Shown in pieces: positions 16,244 through 25,123 of a DNA stretch of 64,000 bases. Made by a program: the position numbers and the translations under genes. The notes below the pieces were generated by a model. That model saw nothing but the letters and a program-made list of their open reading frames with translations. It was not told the DNA's origin and made no database searches. Origin of the DNA: Shigella phage phi25-307. The stretch's first letter is position 1; the number at the start of each line of letters is the position of its first letter. The DNA is taken from the sequence record MG589383. One strand, written 5' to 3'.

Positions 16244-17200
16244 CTATTTGAAAGGTTTTACCATATGGAAATTTTGTTTGAAACGTTTGACATAATCATC
16301 ATGTCCTAAGCTTTGGTACATACTTACTACTTTGCTGTAGTTTTCCCAGGCATACTCACGGAACCAACCAGAGGTGATGCTTGTACAGACTTTTTCTAAT
16401 GCCATCATAAAACTGGCTTCAGGGTTAATTTTAAAGTCATTAGGAATCTGAGAACGTTCTAATGCTAGTACACATGATTCTTCGTATACACCGGCCAATT
16501 TGACCATTTCTGGTAATGATTCGAACTTCTCACGTGAGGTCATGACTTCAGAACCGTCTTTCATATAAAATGTATACGCTGGACGGTCTGTTAGTGCAAT
16601 GGCTTCATGAATAGTATCATGGTCATATGTATAGATATCATCTTTAAAGAACGCACTTTTAGAAGTGTCAAGAACCGGGTGAGCATAGTTCAAGGTTTCT
16701 TTCTGGCGTTTCAGCATAATTTCAGTAAGTTCATCGTTCAGTGTAACACCTTTACCACGAAGATACTGAATATGGTTCATAGTCTTTAAAAAGAACGGAT
16801 TATTTTTCTTGAAACGATGAGACATCTTAATTGCAAGACATATCTCAGGAGTTGCCCAGTAAAACCCATTCAAACAGTCTTTAGACAAATGTTTCTTGGC
16901 GTATTTTAAAAGGTCATAAGAAGACGTGAAATCTTCAGGAGTGAGTTCACCGACTAATTCACGGACATTAGTGATTGCCGGAACAATATACGCTTCAAAA
17001 TGAGTTTCGCGTCCATTATGGAAGCATTTGAAAACTTGGACATCAGGGTTATCTTGATGAACATATACACCCATCATTTGATTTTTGAATGTATTCCAAG
17101 AACCTTGGTCTGCAATAAAGTCCCAGTCACTATTTTTGATAGCGTTAGAATCAATAAGACCATGATAGTGAAGTGCACGAGAACCAATAACTAACATCAT
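16244..17200 (-). CDS. nucleotidyltransferase-like protein, 318 aa
   Basis: N-terminal IGSRALHYHGL...NSDWDF resembles the GS...DxD Pol-beta nucleotidyltransferase signature; GAGGAAA RBS. Confidence 0.55.
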   Translation of the reverse strand: MMLVIGSRALHYHGLIDSNAIKNSDWDFIADQGSWNTFKNQMMGVYVHQDNPDVQVFKCFHNGRETHFEAYIVPAITNVRELVGELTPEDFTSSYDLLKYAKKHLSKDCLNGFYWATPEICLAIKMSHRFKKNNPFFLKTMNHIQYLRGKGVTLNDELTEIMLKRQKETLNYAHPVLDTSKSAFFKDDIYTYDHDTIHEAIALTDRPAYTFYMKDGSEVMTSREKFESLPEMVKLAGVYEESCVLALERSQIPNDFKINPEASFMMALEKVCTSITSGWFREYAWENYSKVVSMYQSLGHDDYVKRFKQNFHMVKPFK

Positions 17201-17228
17201 AATATTTTCCTCGGATTAATTCATTAAC

Positions 17229-17468
17229 TTAAATTTCACGACATGCGATATCATATTCATCCCAGAGGTCATCGTGTGAAGCCTCTACCAATGGAACGAT
17301 TGTACCATTTATGTCTTCATTATAAGGGCAAATTGTACAGTGTGCATCTTCGAATCGAATGCCTTTGTGTTCAGATTTTTTATAACGCATATCGAATATC
17401 TTTGCAAACTTTTCACGAGTAATGGTTTTACCAACCACTTTGGTTCCGATACTTTCGTAATAAATCAT
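17229..17468 (-). CDS. hypothetical small Cys-rich protein, 79 aa
   Basis: ORF track; GGAG RBS; early promoter 17497-17526. Confidence 0.55.
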   Translation of the reverse strand: MIYYESIGTKVVGKTITREKFAKIFDMRYKKSEHKGIRFEDAHCTICPYNEDINGTIVPLVEASHDDLWDEYDIACREI

Positions 17469-17496
17469 TGTGGACTCCGTTTAATTTGATAGGACT

Positions 17497-17526
17497 ACTA
17501 TAACATAGCCCTATCTTGTTGTAAAC
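17497..17526 (-). promoter_or_regulatory. early promoter with flanking inverted repeat
   Basis: gtaaac 17521-17526, actata 17497-17502. Confidence 0.55.
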
Positions 17527-17554
17527 TGTTTTAGCAAGAATAACTAGATGATAC

Positions 17555-17728
17555 TCAGCCTTGAACAGTAATACTATTATTTGATACCGAGATTGCGTTC
17601 TGGAGATTCAGTCCTGCGGTATCTTCAATCCATAATGTAACTTCTTCGCGTTCTTCTGTTGCAATTTGGAACAGGTTTTCCAGGGCAGCTACTGCCGTAC
17701 GTACAGCACAATCTAATTCACGAGACAT
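17555..17728 (-). CDS. hypothetical small acidic protein, 57 aa
   Basis: Hand-translated MSRELDCAVRTAVAALENLF...; AAGGAAATCAT-ATG RBS; below ORF-track cutoff. Confidence 0.4.
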   Translation of the reverse strand: MSRELDCAVRTAVAALENLFQIATEEREEVTLWIEDTAGLNLQNAISVSNNSITVQG

Positions 17729-17737
17729 ATGATTTCC

Positions 17738-18010
17738 TTAGCAAGTGTGAGAAGACGCAATCCAACCGCCAGTTTCGAGGCTCAGATTGTAGTCGTATTG
17801 GTAAACGTCAGCCCATTCAGCATAGCCGTTTTTTGTACAACGTTCAAGATCGGCTTTAAGCTGTCCGGGTGAATGATAGGTTCCACCCATACCATAAGCT
17901 GGATACAAGTCGAATGTTGTGTTTTGTTTATCAGCAATTTCTTTGGCAGCATCAATAGCTGCATAGATTTTTGCTACAGCTTCAGCCAATTCGGTTTGTT
18001 CTTTAGACAT
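17738..18010 (-). CDS. small protein ending GGWIASSHTC (paralog of 18020-18325)
   Basis: ORF track; shares N-terminal MSK and C-terminal G-W-x-x-SS-x-x-C with the adjacent gene. Confidence 0.6.
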   Translation of the reverse strand: MSKEQTELAEAVAKIYAAIDAAKEIADKQNTTFDLYPAYGMGGTYHSPGQLKADLERCTKNGYAEWADVYQYDYNLSLETGGWIASSHTC

Positions 18011-18019
18011 AGTGATTCC

Positions 18020-18325
18020 TTAGCACAACGCAGAAGACGAAACCCAAGCACCTTCAGTAATAACGTAACCGTTACCTTCACGCTTAACATCGCCACCATT
18101 ATTTTCAATTTCATCTTTCATCCACTGGGATACGATTTCACCCTTAGGATAATAAGTACGACCGCTACCATAATCACCTACAGAAAATGATACGGCATAT
18201 TGGTCTGCGATCTTTGTTGCTTCTTCTTCGATACGTTCAGCTTGATTCAGAAGTTTATAAATTGCATCTGAAGCGGATTCGGCATCATTAAACTCTGGTA
18301 CTTTAATTTCAATAATCTTACTCAT
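18020..18325 (-). CDS. small protein ending GAWVSSSALC (paralog of 17738-18010)
   Basis: ORF track; tandem paralog. Confidence 0.6.
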   Translation of the reverse strand: MSKIIEIKVPEFNDAESASDAIYKLLNQAERIEEEATKIADQYAVSFSVGDYGSGRTYYPKGEIVSQWMKDEIENNGGDVKREGNGYVITEGAWVSSSALC

Positions 18326-18681
18326 TTTCTACATTCCTTAATAAAGTTTTCGATTGTTTCATTTTCACGTCTAGCTAGGAGTTCATTATAACTAATCATT
18401 TGAGAAGCGTAAATCTTTTTATTTTTCTTGTTATGGTTTATAAAATCGTAGTAAAAATAGACTACAGTACAAAATGATGCGATGGATGCAAAGGCTTGGG
18501 TATACCGTAAGTCCTGCCATTGGTCTGTGAATCCACCAGTGTTCCCTATAAATCCTAACACAACGCCGTCAATAAGAAATCCGACTAATCCAAAGGCAAA
18601 TCCCATGCCAATACTCATAATAAAAATTAGAATGTTCTCGCCAAGAGAAGGCCATACGGTTAAGAGTTGAGGCTTTTGCAT
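18322..18681 (-). CDS. membrane protein with C-terminal ENFIKECR motif, 119 aa
   Basis: Hydrophobic N-terminal two-thirds; AAGGAG RBS. Confidence 0.6.
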   Translation of the reverse strand: MQKPQLLTVWPSLGENILIFIMSIGMGFAFGLVGFLIDGVVLGFIGNTGGFTDQWQDLRYTQAFASIASFCTVVYFYYDFINHNKKNKKIYASQMISYNELLARRENETIENFIKECRK

Positions 18682-19055
18682 CTTATCTCCTTAACGAATT
18701 CCATAGCTTCTTCATATTCATACTTTTTAACAGCTTCATCATACTGAGCTTGGGCTTTTGCGCACTGAACTTTCCATTCTCTTAATCGGGCTCTGTGATG
18801 ACGTCCTTGGTACCAATATCCCACCCAGTTAATAGGCATTAATAAAAATGGTACAATAAACGACCCGGCTATAATAAGTAAAAACACTGCATCAGACGAT
18901 ATAACTTCACTAGAATCTAAAACAGCTCCTATAATCATAAAGATTAAAAATGCTAAAGCTAAAATAGGGCCAAATAGTACTTCGTTTGGGATTAATTTAC
19001 GCTTGTATTCATACGCCCAGGGCTTACTTGGCATGTATAGGGTTGGCTTTGACAT
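18660..19055 (-). CDS. membrane protein with C-terminal EFVKEIRCK motif
   Basis: ORF track frame; track start is TTG; first ATG at 19053-19055 used, 5' end uncertain. Confidence 0.5.
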   Translation of the reverse strand: MSKPTLYMPSKPWAYEYKRKLIPNEVLFGPILALAFLIFMIIGAVLDSSEVISSDAVFLLIIAGSFIVPFLLMPINWVGYWYQGRHHRARLREWKVQCAKAQAQYDEAVKKYEYEEAMEFVKEIRCKSLNS

Positions 19056-19620
19056 ATTCTCTACATTCCATAATAAATTGCTCAAGGATTAAATTGTTAG
19101 TGAAATTAGGACTAACAACCATGGTTTCATAAAGCGCATCAATAGCACTTAAAGCATCAGCTCTTTTAAGCAAAGGCTTGCCTTCATACATAGTTTCAGA
19201 ATCGACGATTAACGTAAAGTAATATTTTTTATTATCGACTAGAACTTCAGTATCGATATAAAACATGTTAGACCTTAAGAGCTTATCTCTAAAACCATAA
19301 TAATCTTCAGAGCGTTCGCTGATATAGTCCCGTTCAGTGTTTAAACAACAAACAGACCATGTAGGAGCAATGAAATCAGTGAATCTAATATCATGGTCTG
19401 CAACTAGTTTAGCAATAGCTCTGATATCATGAATCATAATACCTGGGGCTAATAAAGATTTTCGGTTATTTGCATATTCAGTTGTCTCATAAGAAGACGA
19501 CCAGTACCATTTACGTCCAGTTGCAACATATCGTAATGAATCAACTAAAGACGTAGGTGGATTTACCTTATTTCGGAACTCTTCGAACATTGAGTCAATA
19601 TCATTATTTTGGTTTCGCAT
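19024..19620 (-). CDS. hypothetical protein with C-terminal EQFIMECREY motif, 198 aa
   Basis: ORF track frame; start refined to ATG 19618-19620 with AAGGAG RBS. Confidence 0.55.
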   Translation of the reverse strand: MRNQNNDIDSMFEEFRNKVNPPTSLVDSLRYVATGRKWYWSSSYETTEYANNRKSLLAPGIMIHDIRAIAKLVADHDIRFTDFIAPTWSVCCLNTERDYISERSEDYYGFRDKLLRSNMFYIDTEVLVDNKKYYFTLIVDSETMYEGKPLLKRADALSAIDALYETMVVSPNFTNNLILEQFIMECREYVKANPIHAK

Positions 19621-19637
19621 GTTAACTCCTTTATTAT

Positions 19638-19661
19638 CCAAAAGGAGGACCGGAGTCCTCC
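19638..19661 (-). terminator. intrinsic terminator
   Basis: ggaggac-cgga-gtcctcc hairpin followed by TTTTGG on minus strand. Confidence 0.55.
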
Positions 19662-19669
19662 GTATTATT

Positions 19670-20263
19670 TTATTTCAAAGAGTTAATATATTCTTGTACA
19701 TCAGCAGAAGTGGTTTCGACACCAGCTGGAGTGCCATTGAACGTTTCAACACGAGTCAGAGTGTCTTCGATATCAACCTTAGTCAGTGCAGCGATTTCAA
19801 TTACATCATCAGCCGTAGAGATACCAAGGGCATTGGCTGCTCGAGTTTCACGAATGTATTCGAGTTTGATTGCCAGATTCTGACGAGCATCGTCAAGTTC
19901 AACCACCTTACGAGCAATTTCAATTCGCATAGCGGCATACCCGTCAGCTTTTGTATTAAGTTGTTCGGCAGTTCGACGATACAGAAGACCAAGCTTGGCA
20001 TGCATGGTAACATCTTGTCCTTCAGCCAGGAGCTTACGAATTTCACGTTCCTTAGAAGCGGCTTGCTTGTTCTTTTCATTAACAAGTTCGCGAATACGTT
20101 TTTCTTCATTAATAGATTTAACAGAAGCCGTTTTTAGTTCTTTGATTTGGGTAATCAACTTATCTGCAGCTGCGTTATACTGTTCTTCGACAGTCAGATT
20201 TTTAGCCATAGCAGTACTCAGTTTAGTGCGGATGAATTCAACAAGTTTCTTCAGTGTGTTCAT
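19670..20263 (-). CDS. coiled-coil protein, 197 aa
   Basis: Heptad-rich K/E/A/L composition; start refined to ATG 20261-20263; promoter 20305-20334 upstream, terminator 19638-19661 downstream. Confidence 0.55.
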   Translation of the reverse strand: MNTLKKLVEFIRTKLSTAMAKNLTVEEQYNAAADKLITQIKELKTASVKSINEEKRIRELVNEKNKQAASKEREIRKLLAEGQDVTMHAKLGLLYRRTAEQLNTKADGYAAMRIEIARKVVELDDARQNLAIKLEYIRETRAANALGISTADDVIEIAALTKVDIEDTLTRVETFNGTPAGVETTSADVQEYINSLK

Positions 20264-20304
20264 ATTATTACCTTTCAATTGGTGGTTTATTATCCAATGA
20301 GAGC

Positions 20305-20334
20305 ATTATACTCTGCTCTCAAGAGTTTGTAAAT
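20305..20334 (-). promoter_or_regulatory. early promoter with flanking inverted repeat
   Basis: gtaaat 20329-20334, attata 20305-20310; flanked by gagagc/gctctc. Confidence 0.45.
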
Positions 20335-20561
20335 TATTTTTTAATCAAATTGACATAAAACTCGGCGTCTTCCGGGTGCATGCCTTCACAGTATTCTTCA
20401 ACCATGAACTTCTTAACAGCTTCATAAGGACCACTCAGATTAAGCTCAGTTGTCCAGAACTTGGAATCTTGGGCTGAATCGATACGAACTTCAGGGTGAC
20501 GGTTGCGAATAACTTCTTCGGTGTATTCATAATCAACGACATCAATACTAACTTTAGCCAT
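20334..20561 (-). CDS. hypothetical small acidic protein, 75 aa
   Basis: ORF track; AGAGGAAAAC RBS; early promoter 20590-20619. Confidence 0.55.
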   Translation of the reverse strand: MAKVSIDVVDYEYTEEVIRNRHPEVRIDSAQDSKFWTTELNLSGPYEAVKKFMVEEYCEGMHPEDAEFYVNLIKK

Positions 20562-20589
20562 TTTGTTTTCCTCTTGATTTGATGTGATT

Positions 20590-20619
20590 ACTATAACATA
20601 AACTTACTTAGATGTAAAT
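20590..20619 (-). promoter_or_regulatory. early sigma70-type promoter
   Basis: gtaaat 20614-20619, actata 20590-20595. Confidence 0.45.
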
Positions 20620-20772
20620 TATTTCAACGTCACCTTTAGCTGCTTTATAACCTTCAGCCCAAGATACAACAGAGTTTTTATCTGAGGATTCAAATTCAGG
20701 CATTGGACTTTCACCAATATTCACACAATATGTTTCTTCATTTTCATCGAACCAAATAATTAAAGTAATCAT
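20608..20772 (-). CDS. hypothetical small protein, 54 aa
   Basis: Hand-translated MITLIIWFDENEETYCVNIGESPMPEF...; GAGGAG RBS; early promoter 20803-20832. Confidence 0.4.
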   Translation of the reverse strand: MITLIIWFDENEETYCVNIGESPMPEFESSDKNSVVSWAEGYKAAKGDVEIIYI

Positions 20773-20802
20773 TTTGTTTACTCCTCTGTAGTTGATAAGT
20801 CT

Positions 20803-20832
20803 ATAGTATCACCATCCTTGGTGCTTGTACAT
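20803..20832 (-). promoter_or_regulatory. early sigma70-type promoter
   Basis: gtacat 20827-20832, atagta 20803-20808; conserved leader gttgataagtctatagtatcac. Confidence 0.5.
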
Positions 20833-20840
20833 CATTATTT

Positions 20841-21146
20841 TTAATTTTTCCAACTTAACAACTTGTAGTGTCCTTCATTAACACGTGGTTTATCCCAAGA
20901 AATACTAATATATGATTCACTGTCAATAGAAGTCGCCGGGTTTTTCTCTACCGTAAGACCTTCACTTTCTAGCCATTCAATAGTATTTGCGCATAAATCG
21001 GAAGAACACCTAATCGGAAACTGGCAAGATTTTTCACCTTTAGATGCAGCGTTATACATCTTTTCTAAAATACGCTTTTGCACGTTTTTAAAAATAGTTT
21101 CAGCGGATTCTTCAGATTTTTTATTCAGTTCAGTATAAAGATTCAT
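20841..21146 (-). CDS. hypothetical protein, 101 aa
   Basis: ORF track frame; start refined to ATG 21144-21146 directly after GAGGAG RBS; early promoter 21172-21201. Confidence 0.55.
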   Translation of the reverse strand: MNLYTELNKKSEESAETIFKNVQKRILEKMYNAASKGEKSCQFPIRCSSDLCANTIEWLESEGLTVEKNPATSIDSESYISISWDKPRVNEGHYKLLSWKN

Positions 21147-21171
21147 AATATTCTCCTCATTAATAGGGCTC

Positions 21172-21201
21172 ATAATATCTCAATCATAAGCCCGTGTAAA
21201 C
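21172..21201 (-). promoter_or_regulatory. early sigma70-type promoter
   Basis: gtaaac 21196-21201, ataata 21172-21177. Confidence 0.5.
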
Positions 21202-21203
21202 AA

Positions 21204-21467
21204 TTATTTCATATTATTGAAATAATCTTCCGCATCAAAATCGTTATCATGGTAAACTTTGGTAGACGATTTGGCGTAACCTTCAGCTGAGAACATATTA
21301 ATCACAACTTTAATTGTATACCACTGTCCGTCTTCATTACCCATTACTGCATAGGTTTCATACACCGGGTGTTCGGGTCCAATAACTTTAATATCATTCA
21401 CCGTACGTCCGAAATCTTCTGGAACGCATTTCATAAAGAAGTTGAACAGTTCACCGTAATTATCCAT
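21204..21467 (-). CDS. hypothetical small acidic protein, 87 aa
   Basis: ORF track frame; start refined to ATG 21465-21467 with GGAGA RBS; early promoter 21511-21540. Confidence 0.55.
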   Translation of the reverse strand: MDNYGELFNFFMKCVPEDFGRTVNDIKVIGPEHPVYETYAVMGNEDGQWYTIKVVINMFSAEGYAKSSTKVYHDNDFDAEDYFNNMK

Positions 21468-21510
21468 TTCATTCTCCAAGTTATTTTCTGTATCGGTAGT
21501 TGATAGTTGT

Positions 21511-21540
21511 ATAGTACCACGGAAGAACAGGGATGTAAAC
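21511..21540 (-). promoter_or_regulatory. early sigma70-type promoter
   Basis: gtaaac 21535-21540, atagta 21511-21516. Confidence 0.5.
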
Positions 21541-21666
21541 AGTTTTGTGAAAAAAAAAGTTTTTGTGGAATTCTAGGGCAGGGAGAGGAAATTAAAAAGT
21601 AGGATAATATATTATAAAGGGTATAAACTAAATGATGTGCCTAGAGAGGTCCAGAAAGGCCTAGAT

Positions 21667-21697
21667 ACCAAAAAGCCCCAACCTTTCGGAAGGGGCT
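21667..21697 (-). terminator. intrinsic terminator closing the tRNA/small-RNA transcription unit
   Basis: gcccc...ggggc hairpin plus TTTTTGG on minus strand; near-duplicate of the 5924-5954 terminator. Confidence 0.55.
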
Positions 21698-21748
21698 ATG
21701 CCTTGCGGCAACCTTGTCGGGGTTCCACCTGCTAAGGCAAGTGTTTGT

Positions 21749-21840
21749 ACGAAACGCCGGGATTCGAACCCGGTTATTAAGCAGTTGACGCTACTCAATA
21801 TTTTTAAAAGGCCATATCTCGACCATATCCGAACGTTCCG
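21749..21840 (-). ncRNA. tRNA-like element (possible degenerate tRNA or small stable RNA)
   Basis: Canonical T-arm CCGGGTTCGAATCCCGG followed by 7-nt strand CGTTTCG that pairs with upstream CGGAACG; no convincing D or anticodon arm found by eye; in untranslated stretch downstream of the tRNAs. Confidence 0.3.
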
Positions 21841-22008
21841 TCAAAAACGCTACTCGGCTTACGGCAAAGATATTTCCTCGAATCGATAATTCTGTGCGCC
21901 GTTTCTGCTGTGATGTAAGGGGATATTAACGAATCATAAAGATTTATTAAGACCAGTCCTTACTCAGGGAACATCAGTCCGACGACTTGCCGGTAGCGAC
22001 CCGGCTTC

Positions 22009-22353
22009 TTATTTTGGCATATCATCAATTTGTTCTCGACGCCGACGCCATAGATTAATCGCTTCATAAACACATTCTGCGTTTGGTATATGACGGCAAT
22101 AATATAATGATTCGCGTTTCTGGAACCGATGTTGTAATGGAATTTCGTTTAAAAGGTCTTTACGATCAAAGTATTCAAAACTAGTTAACCCAGAACGATT
22201 TTTAAGGAACTTCCAATGGCCAAATTCATTTTGGAAATAAACGTAATCAGCGTGTTGATATAACGAATTAATCAACCGGTCAGAAATAACTGTATCCTGT
22301 TCATTAAAATAAAACGTTAAATCATGAACTACCAGATAAATATTACCTTTCAT
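22009..22353 (-). CDS. hypothetical protein, 114 aa
   Basis: ORF track frame; start refined to ATG 22351-22353 with GAGGAAAAT RBS so it does not overlap tRNA-Arg. Confidence 0.5.
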   Translation of the reverse strand: MKGNIYLVVHDLTFYFNEQDTVISDRLINSLYQHADYVYFQNEFGHWKFLKNRSGLTSFEYFDRKDLLNEIPLQHRFQKRESLYYCRHIPNAECVYEAINLWRRRREQIDDMPK

Positions 22354-22371
22354 ATTTTCCTCACTTAAAGT

Positions 22372-22448
<77 letters not shown>

Positions 22449-22454
22449 AATATA

Positions 22455-22528
22455 TGACCCAGACCAGATTCGAACTGGTAACCTTTCCCTTATGAGGGGA
22501 CTGCTGCTAACCGTTGAGCTACAGGGCC
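22455..22528 (-). tRNA. tRNA with CAT anticodon (Met or lysidine-Ile type)
   Basis: Acceptor GGCCCTG/CTGGGTC (one mismatch), D-loop with GG, anticodon loop CTCATAA, T-arm ACCAG-TTCGAAT-CTGGT; D and anticodon stems imperfect. Confidence 0.55.
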
Positions 22529-22607
22529 TAAATAACTTTCTATTATGAAAGGCACTTTAGAGCACCTTTGGTAATAGAGTGTATGAATTAATAATAACAC
22601 ATAATTC

Positions 22608-23123
22608 TTAAAGCAAATCAATCATTTTAACGGTTGGCAAAACGATTTCTTCTTCAATATAAGCAAATTCGACACGTTCAACTACACGCAAGAAATCATA
22701 ATCATAATATTCAGAAGCATGGCCAAGAATATCAGTGAGACCTTCTGATACCAAATATCCGTTCTCACGGAACAGGTCAAATACACGTGATTCGTCTTCT
22801 TCAGATTTATTACCGAGGTCGACTTCAATATCAAAGACCTTTTTAATGAATTCTGGATAAAGCTGGTCTGAGAACAGTCCTTCAACCAAGTATTCATAGA
22901 TTAAAAGCGAGCAATCACTGAATAGTGTATTACCACAGTAACGTTCAGCTTTAGTACTAGAATGACGACTCTTAAATTTCTTCAAGAGATATTTAAACTG
23001 TTGGAGCTCATGCTCTTCTACACCAAATAATGTTTTGGTTTTATAGTTGTCACCGTCATTTTCCCAAGTAGTGACATCAATTACATAACCTTTAGGAATT
23101 GTACTGCCTAAACAAATATTCAT
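22608..23123 (-). CDS. hypothetical protein, 171 aa
   Basis: ORF track; immediately upstream of the tRNA pair. Confidence 0.55.
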   Translation of the reverse strand: MNICLGSTIPKGYVIDVTTWENDGDNYKTKTLFGVEEHELQQFKYLLKKFKSRHSSTKAERYCGNTLFSDCSLLIYEYLVEGLFSDQLYPEFIKKVFDIEVDLGNKSEEDESRVFDLFRENGYLVSEGLTDILGHASEYYDYDFLRVVERVEFAYIEEEIVLPTVKMIDLL

Positions 23124-23127
23124 TTAC

Positions 23128-23418
23128 TCACCGTACCATATTAATGTAATTATATTCAATGCAACGTAATTTCAAAGGATTCTTGAAAATATCATATTCA
23201 AGAGGACCTTTTTCTGTTTCAATAAAGAAATCAAAGTTAACTGTGTTAAATTTATCATCTTCACAGAGTAATTTAACCTGTGAAGACGAACGGTCGATGT
23301 AAACCTTTTCAACTTCAAAACATGTTAAAATGCCATAATCATCAATCAAGGCTTTAGCTGCTTCTTGATCATATTTATATCCATTTTCAATGGATGATAC
23401 TTTCGCATAAAGAATCAT
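23128..23418 (-). CDS. hypothetical protein, 96 aa
   Basis: ORF track; tightly packed in operon. Confidence 0.55.
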   Translation of the reverse strand: MILYAKVSSIENGYKYDQEAAKALIDDYGILTCFEVEKVYIDRSSSQVKLLCEDDKFNTVNFDFFIETEKGPLEYDIFKNPLKLRCIEYNYINMVR

Positions 23419-23420
23419 TA

Positions 23421-23795
23421 TTAACCTTTATCAACAATAGTATGTGTATGGGCATTTACGATTTGCCACCAGTCAAAACTATCGCCAAATCGTTTTGATT
23501 TATTGTCTTCAATAATTTGGCGTAATTCATCTTCAGTAGCGGCTTTCGCGATTAAATCAGCATATCCACCACGAGGATAATAATTATCACCTGCAAAAAG
23601 TAAAAAGTTTGGTTTAATATTATTAAACTCTTCAAGAGTAATAACTGTTCCACCAGGTTGAACAATATCTACATAACTATATCCTAATTTTTGAGCAGCA
23701 TCTACTGCTTCAAGCAGGGTATCATGAGCCCATCCAATTTGGCAATCTGGCTTTTCAGATGGATTAGCCTGATAATCCGCGTACACTTTATACAT
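23421..23795 (-). CDS. hypothetical protein, 124 aa
   Basis: ORF track frame; start refined to ATG 23793-23795 with AAAGGTGA RBS, 1 nt after upstream TAG. Confidence 0.55.
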   Translation of the reverse strand: MYKVYADYQANPSEKPDCQIGWAHDTLLEAVDAAQKLGYSYVDIVQPGGTVITLEEFNNIKPNFLLFAGDNYYPRGGYADLIAKAATEDELRQIIEDNKSKRFGDSFDWWQIVNAHTHTIVDKG

Positions 23796-23796
23796 T

Positions 23797-23982
23797 CTAT
23801 TCACCTTTTGCAATTTTATCCATAACGATAGCGATTAAGCCGATTAGAAATGCTACTACCAATGAGATAGAATTTTCTGTTGTTGTCAGTAGTCCACAAA
23901 TGAATCCTACAAACATCGAAAAACTAAAAGCCATTGAAGCAATTACTACAGCAACATTACGAATCAGTTCAGCACGTTTCAT
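23797..23982 (-). CDS. small membrane protein, 61 aa
   Basis: Two hydrophobic helices; GAGGAG RBS; early promoter 24011-24040. Confidence 0.5.
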   Translation of the reverse strand: MKRAELIRNVAVVIASMAFSFSMFVGFICGLLTTTENSISLVVAFLIGLIAIVMDKIAKGE

Positions 23983-24010
23983 TTTATTCTCCTCAGTAGT
24001 TGATAGGGTA

Positions 24011-24040
24011 ATAGTATCACTACCCTATCTAAAAGTAAAC
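24011..24040 (-). promoter_or_regulatory. early promoter with flanking inverted repeat
   Basis: gtaaac 24035-24040, atagta 24011-24016; flanked by gatagggta/taccctatc. Confidence 0.55.
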
Positions 24041-24051
24041 GGTTTTATAAA

Positions 24052-24360
24052 CTATTTTATTCCGCGTGATGCAATCGTATTCTGCCGTTTAACGCCAGTT
24101 TGTTTAAAGTTATGATTGTCGAGTTGATCGGTACGAGCAACTCCAAACGATGATTTAATCTTAGCTTTAGATCCTTTAGTTATAGAAATAAACATCTCGG
24201 GAGCCCCTTTCTTAAAGTCCGAAGCAATTACTTCAACACCGTTCTTAGCAAGTGACCTCAGAATTGCTTCCGCATACTCATCATCAAGACCCGCTTGAGT
24301 ATGAATAACGAATGTCTTTGGTGCAGCTGCTTCACAGATAAATTCTTTGAAAGTTTTCAT
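24052..24360 (-). CDS. internal-protein-like protein with CTS at the ipI locus, 102 aa
   Basis: Starts MKTFKEFICEA; directly upstream of 57B where T4 carries ipI; early promoter 24391-24420. Confidence 0.7.
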   Translation of the reverse strand: MKTFKEFICEAAAPKTFVIHTQAGLDDEYAEAILRSLAKNGVEVIASDFKKGAPEMFISITKGSKAKIKSSFGVARTDQLDNHNFKQTGVKRQNTIASRGIK

Positions 24361-24390
24361 TTTATTTTCCTAATTAATTTTGATAGGACT

Positions 24391-24420
24391 ACTATAACAT
24401 AGTCCTATCAGCATGTAAAC
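24391..24420 (-). promoter_or_regulatory. early promoter with flanking inverted repeat
   Basis: gtaaac 24415-24420, actata 24391-24396; flanked by ataggact/agtcctat. Confidence 0.55.
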
Positions 24421-24433
24421 TGTTTTGTGAAAA

Positions 24434-25119
<686 letters not shown>

Positions 25120-25123
25120 TTTA

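Noticed and set aside
19619-20137. 172-aa plus-strand ORF, and similar plus-strand ORFs throughout 1-27400 (e.g. 13022-13384, 3919-4254, 10363-10629)
   Set aside because: They lie antisense and fully within well-supported minus-strand genes, lack RBS or promoter context and have low-complexity translations; treated as frame artefacts of an AT-rich genome.
19670-20263. PspA/phage-shock-protein-like assignment for the coiled-coil protein
   Set aside because: The resemblance is compositional (heptad-rich K/E/A/L) only; no motif-level match could be established by eye, so it is left as a coiled-coil protein of unknown function.
21700-21745. Plus-strand inverted repeat tgccttg...caaggca as a possible plus-strand tRNA
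   Set aside because: Only a 7-bp stem with a ~30-nt loop; no T-arm, anticodon arm or acceptor geometry on the plus strand.
21698-21889. 63-aa plus-strand ORF across the tRNA-like region
   Set aside because: Overlaps the tRNA-like T-arm and hairpins, has no RBS and is on the opposite strand to the surrounding transcription unit.
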